From Thermoanaerobaculia bacterium (GTDB taxonomy: Bacteria; Acidobacteriota; Thermoanaerobaculia; Multivoradales; Multivoraceae), in NCBI GenBank assembly GCA_963666565.1, contig OY762911.1:1728001-1792000 (forward strand): a DNA stretch of 64,000 bases. The letters are read 5' to 3'. The position numbers were made by a program, and so were the translations under genes. The notes below the pieces were generated by a model that was not told the DNA's origin, did no database searches, and saw nothing but the letters and a program-made list of their open reading frames with translations. Below are positions 59,911 through 64,000 of the stretch, piece after piece (the first letter of the stretch is position 1; each line of letters begins with the position of its first letter).

Positions 59911-62900
59911 CCTCCTCCGGTCAGTTGACGTCCACTCAGAGCTTGCCCCGCGGCTCGGTCCAGCAGGGGTTCCGCCTCGCGGAACCGATGCAGCAGCTCC
60001 TCGATCCTCGCCGCGACGTCCAGGGTTTCCCGCTGCAAGGCGGCGTCGACCCGCTGGCCGTTGCGTGCCCGGAGCCAGCGGTGCAGGACGGGGTAGCCGC
60101 TGACGCTGAAGTTCCAGGCGGCTTCCGAGACGCCGGAGAGGACGAGGGAGCGGTCTTCCACCAACGCGACCTGGCCAGCCTGTTCGGCGGCGCCCCGGTC
60201 CGCTCTGAAGGTCTGGCTGCGAACGGGCACGGCGAGTGTGGAGGCCGGCTCGCCATCCAGGCGGGCCCAGCGGAAGTCTCTGGCGGGGTCCGAGGCGAAG
60301 GTCTCCAGTTCGCGGATTCGTGCCCCGAGCCTGGCGGCATCGAGGAACACGTCCTGGTCGGCGGGAAACGGCACGTGGGGAAACTCGTTCTCCAGATCGT
60401 ACGCGAAGCGGGCCGTGTAGTCCGTTGCCGAGAGCAGGGCCAGGATGGCGTGGAAGACCTGCTGGGGCTCGAGATCGAGGCCGTAGGCGCGCGACAGGCC
60501 GGCGGCGGCGCCGTTCAGCATGGAGCGCTTCGCGCCGTCTTCGCGATGGTCGAAGAGAGGAAAGACCCATCCGCCTCCCTGGCCCCTGAACGCATGCTGA
60601 TCCGGCGGGAGGCCGTGGCACCAGACTGCGGGACCTGCGCCCGTACCGTCGTTCAGAGCTTGCAGCGCGCAGTTCTCCTCGCCCCATACCGCTTGAAGAT
60701 CGGGCTTCGGGAAGTCGACGAACTCCCGGCGGTTGTACAGGAACCGCCGGTCGAGTGGCCGGTACGCGGTGCGGCGCGGTGCCGAAGGATCGAAGATCGT
60801 CGAGTGCGCCGGGGCCGCCTTGCGGTCGCGCGTCTCCTTGAACTCGTCGCGGGCCTCCGGCGAAAGAGGGCGCTCCAGCCATTTCTCGACTCGTTCCCGG
60901 AGCCTCTCCCGCGAAAGGGCGTAGGCGAAATGATCGCGATAGGTGACGATGCCGTTCGAACGGAACGTGAACAGCTCGTCCAGAGAGGGCCAGTCCCGGC
61001 CATCGAAGCCGCGAGGGAACAAGGGCGCCATGTCACGACCGCTCGTCTCAGTGAACGTCAGTGTCTCTGGGTCTTCGCAGGCAAGTCGTGCGAGACCGAG
61101 TTTGGCCGGCCGGTCGAAGGCATTCTGTCGCCAGACATCGGCGTATTCGACGGTGGCTTCGCGGTCTGCACCCCGATCGCCATGGGCCTCTGCCAGAAGC
61201 ACGCAGACGCCTACCTCGATGTTGAAGATGTTCTCGTCGCTCGGTATCACCGCGGGACGCGAGGCGCGCTTGTCGCCGCGAAAATCGACGATCCGTATTC
61301 GGTCGAACCGGCGGCGGAGCATCCGCCGCAGCCCGCCGAAGGCTGAACCGACCAGGAACCTCCGATTCGTGATGAAGGCAAGAACCCCGCGACCTGACGC
61401 GCCGTCGGCCTCGAACAGCCGCCATAGCGCCCACCGGTAGAACGCCACGTAGAGGTCCGGAAACGCGTTCAGCGATCGGCCGAACCCCGCGTCTCTTACT
61501 GGCTGTTTCAGGTCGTTCCAGAGACCGTTCATGAAGGGGCCGACCAAGCGCGCGGTTTCGTGGGCCCGAAGACGCTTGTAGGGCGGGTTTCCCATCACGA
61601 CCAGGATCGGCTTGTCCGTCTTGACCTGGTCCGCTGCTCTGCGCTCTTCGATGAGCGGTGCGCTGAGGAAGGCCATGTTCGGCTGAATGCCGGCTTCGGA
61701 GGCGGCCGGCGCCAGCGTGTCGGTCAGAAAGATGGGCAGGCGGTCGCTCTTGCCGCCGCGCCGCGCGATCTCGCGCTGCATCCGGTAGTGGGCGACAGTG
61801 TAGGGCCCGACGAGGAGTTCGAAAGCGTGCGCTCTCTGGGCGAAGGCCGCAACTTCGGCGGCGGCCGCGGCCGACCCGTACTCCCGGTCCGCCCTTTCGG
61901 CGGCCAGCGACGTGGCGGCGATGAGGAACGTGCCGGTGCCGCAGGCCGGATCGAGGAGATTCACGTTCGGGTCGAGCAGCCCGTTCGTCTTGAGGCGATC
62001 CCGGAGCAGCCGCTCCACCTCGGCGACCATCAGGCGGACCACGTCCGGGGGCGTGTAGTAGACGCCGTAGCGCTTCACCGCTTCCGGATCGAAGACTCGG
62101 AGGAAGTCCTCGTACAGGTAGAGCAGCGGATCGCGGCGTTCCGTGGGCTGCAGCAATTCGAGGTCCACCGAGTTCACCGCGTCGACCGCGACGTCGAAGG
62201 CCGCTCCGAGCACCCGGCGGATCTCCTCCACGGTCAGGGCGCGGAGCGTGCCCCGAAGCAAGGGGAAGCTGCTCTCGGGCAGCAGTTCGTGAGCGTGGGG
62301 TCCGACATCCTCTCCGCTGCTGTCGCGAGCCAGGAGCAAGCCGAAGACGAGAGTCTGCGCGAAGGCGTTGGAGAAGAGGGAGTTCTCGTCGGTGGGGTCG
62401 TAGCCGCCGGCTTCCGCCCGGGCGAACAGGGTCTGGAGGAAGTCGACCCGGAGATCGGAGACGACGGGGTCCACGGCGCCGCTTCGGCAGTGGTCCGACA
62501 CCACCTCCCGGACCAGACGCGCCGCGTGAGCGAGGTTCGTCGCCGCCTCCGCCGGAGTCTCGGGGATGGACGGCTCGGCGCTCGCCAGCGTCTGGAGGAT
62601 TGCGCGGAGTCCTCCGCTGTCGTGATTGCGGACGATCCGGTTCGCCCGGCGGTCGGGCGTCTCCGGATCGAGCGCGGTCGCAGGCACGACGAGCGCCTCG
62701 GCTTCCATCTCGTCCCGTCGGTAGAGCTGGATCCGTTCGAAGTTGCAGAGCGCCCAGAGCGGGAGGTTGGAGAATCGGGCGAACTGCTCCCTGTTGTGTC
62801 CCGTGAACTTCCTGGGCGCCAGGCGAAGTGTCGGCGCCTTGAGCTCGATGAAGGCTCGTACCGGACTGCCTTCGTGGACGAAGGCCAGATCGGGTCGTCC

Positions 62901-63098
62901 GATGCCGGGCCGGCGGTACTCGGGAAGAACCCGGGGCGGCTTCGGGGATACCTGGGCCAGGACGGCCTCGACGAGGGTCTGGAACCTCGGCGCCAGGAGC
63001 GGTTCGAGGCCGGCGCCGTCGCTTGCCGGCGGGTTCGCCTTCCGGTCTCTCCGTACGGTGCGGGCGAACTCTTGGAGTGCCTGGATGACTTTCTGCAC
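59907..63098 (-). CDS. single-chain type IIG / type ISP-like restriction-modification enzyme (nuclease, N6-adenine MTase, specificity domain; no helicase)
   Basis: RPD..FIELK PD-(D/E)xK motif, GVYYTP, LDPACGTGTF, GNPPY, DLYVAF, DENIFNI, AYRPLD, FPHVPFP, SGYPVLHRWL. Confidence 0.88.
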   Translation of the reverse strand: MQKVIQALQEFARTVRRDRKANPPASDGAGLEPLLAPRFQTLVEAVLAQVSPKPPRVLPEYRRPGIGRPDLAFVHEGSPVRAFIELKAPTLRLAPRKFTGHNREQFARFSNLPLWALCNFERIQLYRRDEMEAEALVVPATALDPETPDRRANRIVRNHDSGGLRAILQTLASAEPSIPETPAEAATNLAHAARLVREVVSDHCRSGAVDPVVSDLRVDFLQTLFARAEAGGYDPTDENSLFSNAFAQTLVFGLLLARDSSGEDVGPHAHELLPESSFPLLRGTLRALTVEEIRRVLGAAFDVAVDAVNSVDLELLQPTERRDPLLYLYEDFLRVFDPEAVKRYGVYYTPPDVVRLMVAEVERLLRDRLKTNGLLDPNVNLLDPACGTGTFLIAATSLAAERADREYGSAAAAAEVAAFAQRAHAFELLVGPYTVAHYRMQREIARRGGKSDRLPIFLTDTLAPAASEAGIQPNMAFLSAPLIEERRAADQVKTDKPILVVMGNPPYKRLRAHETARLVGPFMNGLWNDLKQPVRDAGFGRSLNAFPDLYVAFYRWALWRLFEADGASGRGVLAFITNRRFLVGSAFGGLRRMLRRRFDRIRIVDFRGDKRASRPAVIPSDENIFNIEVGVCVLLAEAHGDRGADREATVEYADVWRQNAFDRPAKLGLARLACEDPETLTFTETSGRDMAPLFPRGFDGRDWPSLDELFTFRSNGIVTYRDHFAYALSRERLRERVEKWLERPLSPEARDEFKETRDRKAAPAHSTIFDPSAPRRTAYRPLDRRFLYNRREFVDFPKPDLQAVWGEENCALQALNDGTGAGPAVWCHGLPPDQHAFRGQGGGWVFPLFDHREDGAKRSMLNGAAAGLSRAYGLDLEPQQVFHAILALLSATDYTARFAYDLENEFPHVPFPADQDVFLDAARLGARIRELETFASDPARDFRWARLDGEPASTLAVPVRSQTFRADRGAAEQAGQVALVEDRSLVLSGVSEAAWNFSVSGYPVLHRWLRARNGQRVDAALQRETLDVAARIEELLHRFREAEPLLDRAAGQALSGRQLTGGG

Positions 63099-63200
63099 GG
63101 TGGATCGCCTGAGGCGATGGGCCGGGCGAGCATAGCGCCCGACGCGGTACGCTTGACCCCTTGGCCGGCGGACGACTTACCGGCCCGAGAGAGGAGCCCC

Positions 63201-64000
63201 GTGAGCGTGAGAGAGACGTACTTGGCCAGCGACGGGCTGGCGCTGGCCGAGCTGCTGCGGTCGGGGGAACTGGCGCCGGCCGAGGCCGTCGAGTGCGCGG
63301 CCGAACTGGCCGCCGAGCTGAACGGCGATCTGAACGCGATCGTCTGTTCCGACTTCGAGCGGGCGGCGGCCGCGGCGCCGGCGGCGGTCGAGGCGGGCGG
63401 GCCGTTCGCGGGCGTGCCCTACCTGCTGAAGGACCTCTACGCCAACGCGACGGGCCTGCCGCTGACGAACGGCAGCCGCCTGTTCGCGGACAACGTGCCG
63501 GACCACGACTCGGAGATGGTGAGCCGCTACCGGCGGGCGGGGCTCTTGATCGCGGGCCGCACGGCATCGCCCGAGTTCGGGCTGACGACCAGCACCGAGT
63601 CGGCGATCTTCGGGCAGACCCGCAACCCCTGGGACCTGGAGCGCATTGCCGGGGGCTCCTCGGGCGGCGCGGCGGCGGCCGTTGCCGCCGGCATCGTGCC
63701 GGCCGCGCACGCCAGCGACGGGGGCGGGTCGATTCGCATCCCGGCCTCGTGCTGCGGGCTCTTCGGCCTCAAGCCGAGCCGCGCCCGGGTCTCCCTGGCG
63801 CCGGACGCCGGCGAGGGCTGGGCCGGCTTCTCGGGGCAGCACTGCGTGAGCCGGACGGTCCGGGACAGCGCCGCGCTGCTCGACGCGGTTGCCGGTCCGG
63901 TCGCGGGAGACCCCTACTGGGCGCCGCAGCCGGCACGGAGTTTCCTTGAGGAAGCCGGGCGCGAACCGGGAACGTTGAGGATCGCGCTGACGGTGGAGGC
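63201..64000 (+). CDS. amidase-signature family protein (3'-partial)
   Basis: GAGAGGAG RBS; [40 protein letters not shown]. Confidence 0.92.
   Translation, partial: MSVRETYLASDGLALAELLRSGELAPAEAVECAAELAAELNGDLNAIVCSDFERAAAAAPAAVEAGGPFAGVPYLLKDLYANATGLPLTNGSRLFADNVPDHDSEMVSRYRRAGLLIAGRTASPEFGLTTSTESAIFGQTRNPWDLERIAGGSSGGAAAAVAAGIVPAAHASDGGGSIRIPASCCGLFGLKPSRARVSLAPDAGEGWAGFSGQHCVSRTVRDSAALLDAVAGPVAGDPYWAPQPARSFLEEAGREPGTLRIALTVE

Noticed and set aside
59577-63147. att-like direct repeat ATAGCGCCYGACG flanking the RM gene
   Set aside because: Short and mismatched; one copy is inside a CDS and the other overlaps a likely -10 box; no integrase

Overview
A very GC-rich bacterial chromosomal window with about 50 genes. 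Protein families and style suggest Acidobacteriota, probably Thermoanaerobaculia and possibly sponge-associated; this is an inference. Housekeeping content includes a haem cluster (hemC-hemD fusion, hemL, hemF), M2 and S9A peptidases, xth, mdh, galE, gltX, glnS, a Cpx-like two-component locus, pheA, lhgO, a DEAD-box helicase, pruA, rocD, fpg/nei-like, tatD and an amidase. Accessory content includes two tandem metzincin-Fn3 surface proteases with a repeated unnamed C-terminal domain, a scrambled Ig-domain adhesin pseudogene, three toxin-antitoxin sites (one decayed) and a single-chain type IIG/ISP-like restriction-modification enzyme with a coupled small partner. No rRNA, tRNA, CRISPR, transposase or integrase was seen. 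Two patterns are not explained by the gene list. (1) 'Relay' mini-ORFs: at four operon junctions the gap is exactly bridged by tiny ORFs that start in the upstream stop codon and stop in the downstream start codon (ATGA/GTGA at both ends), including a chain of three 12-aa ORFs built from a 35-bp tandem repeat. Several operon-leading genes also look leaderless. (2) A REP-like hairpin family (GCGGGTC-TTCC-GACCCGC) occurs intergenically, in tandem arrays and in frame inside proteins, once flanked by a 35-bp duplication.
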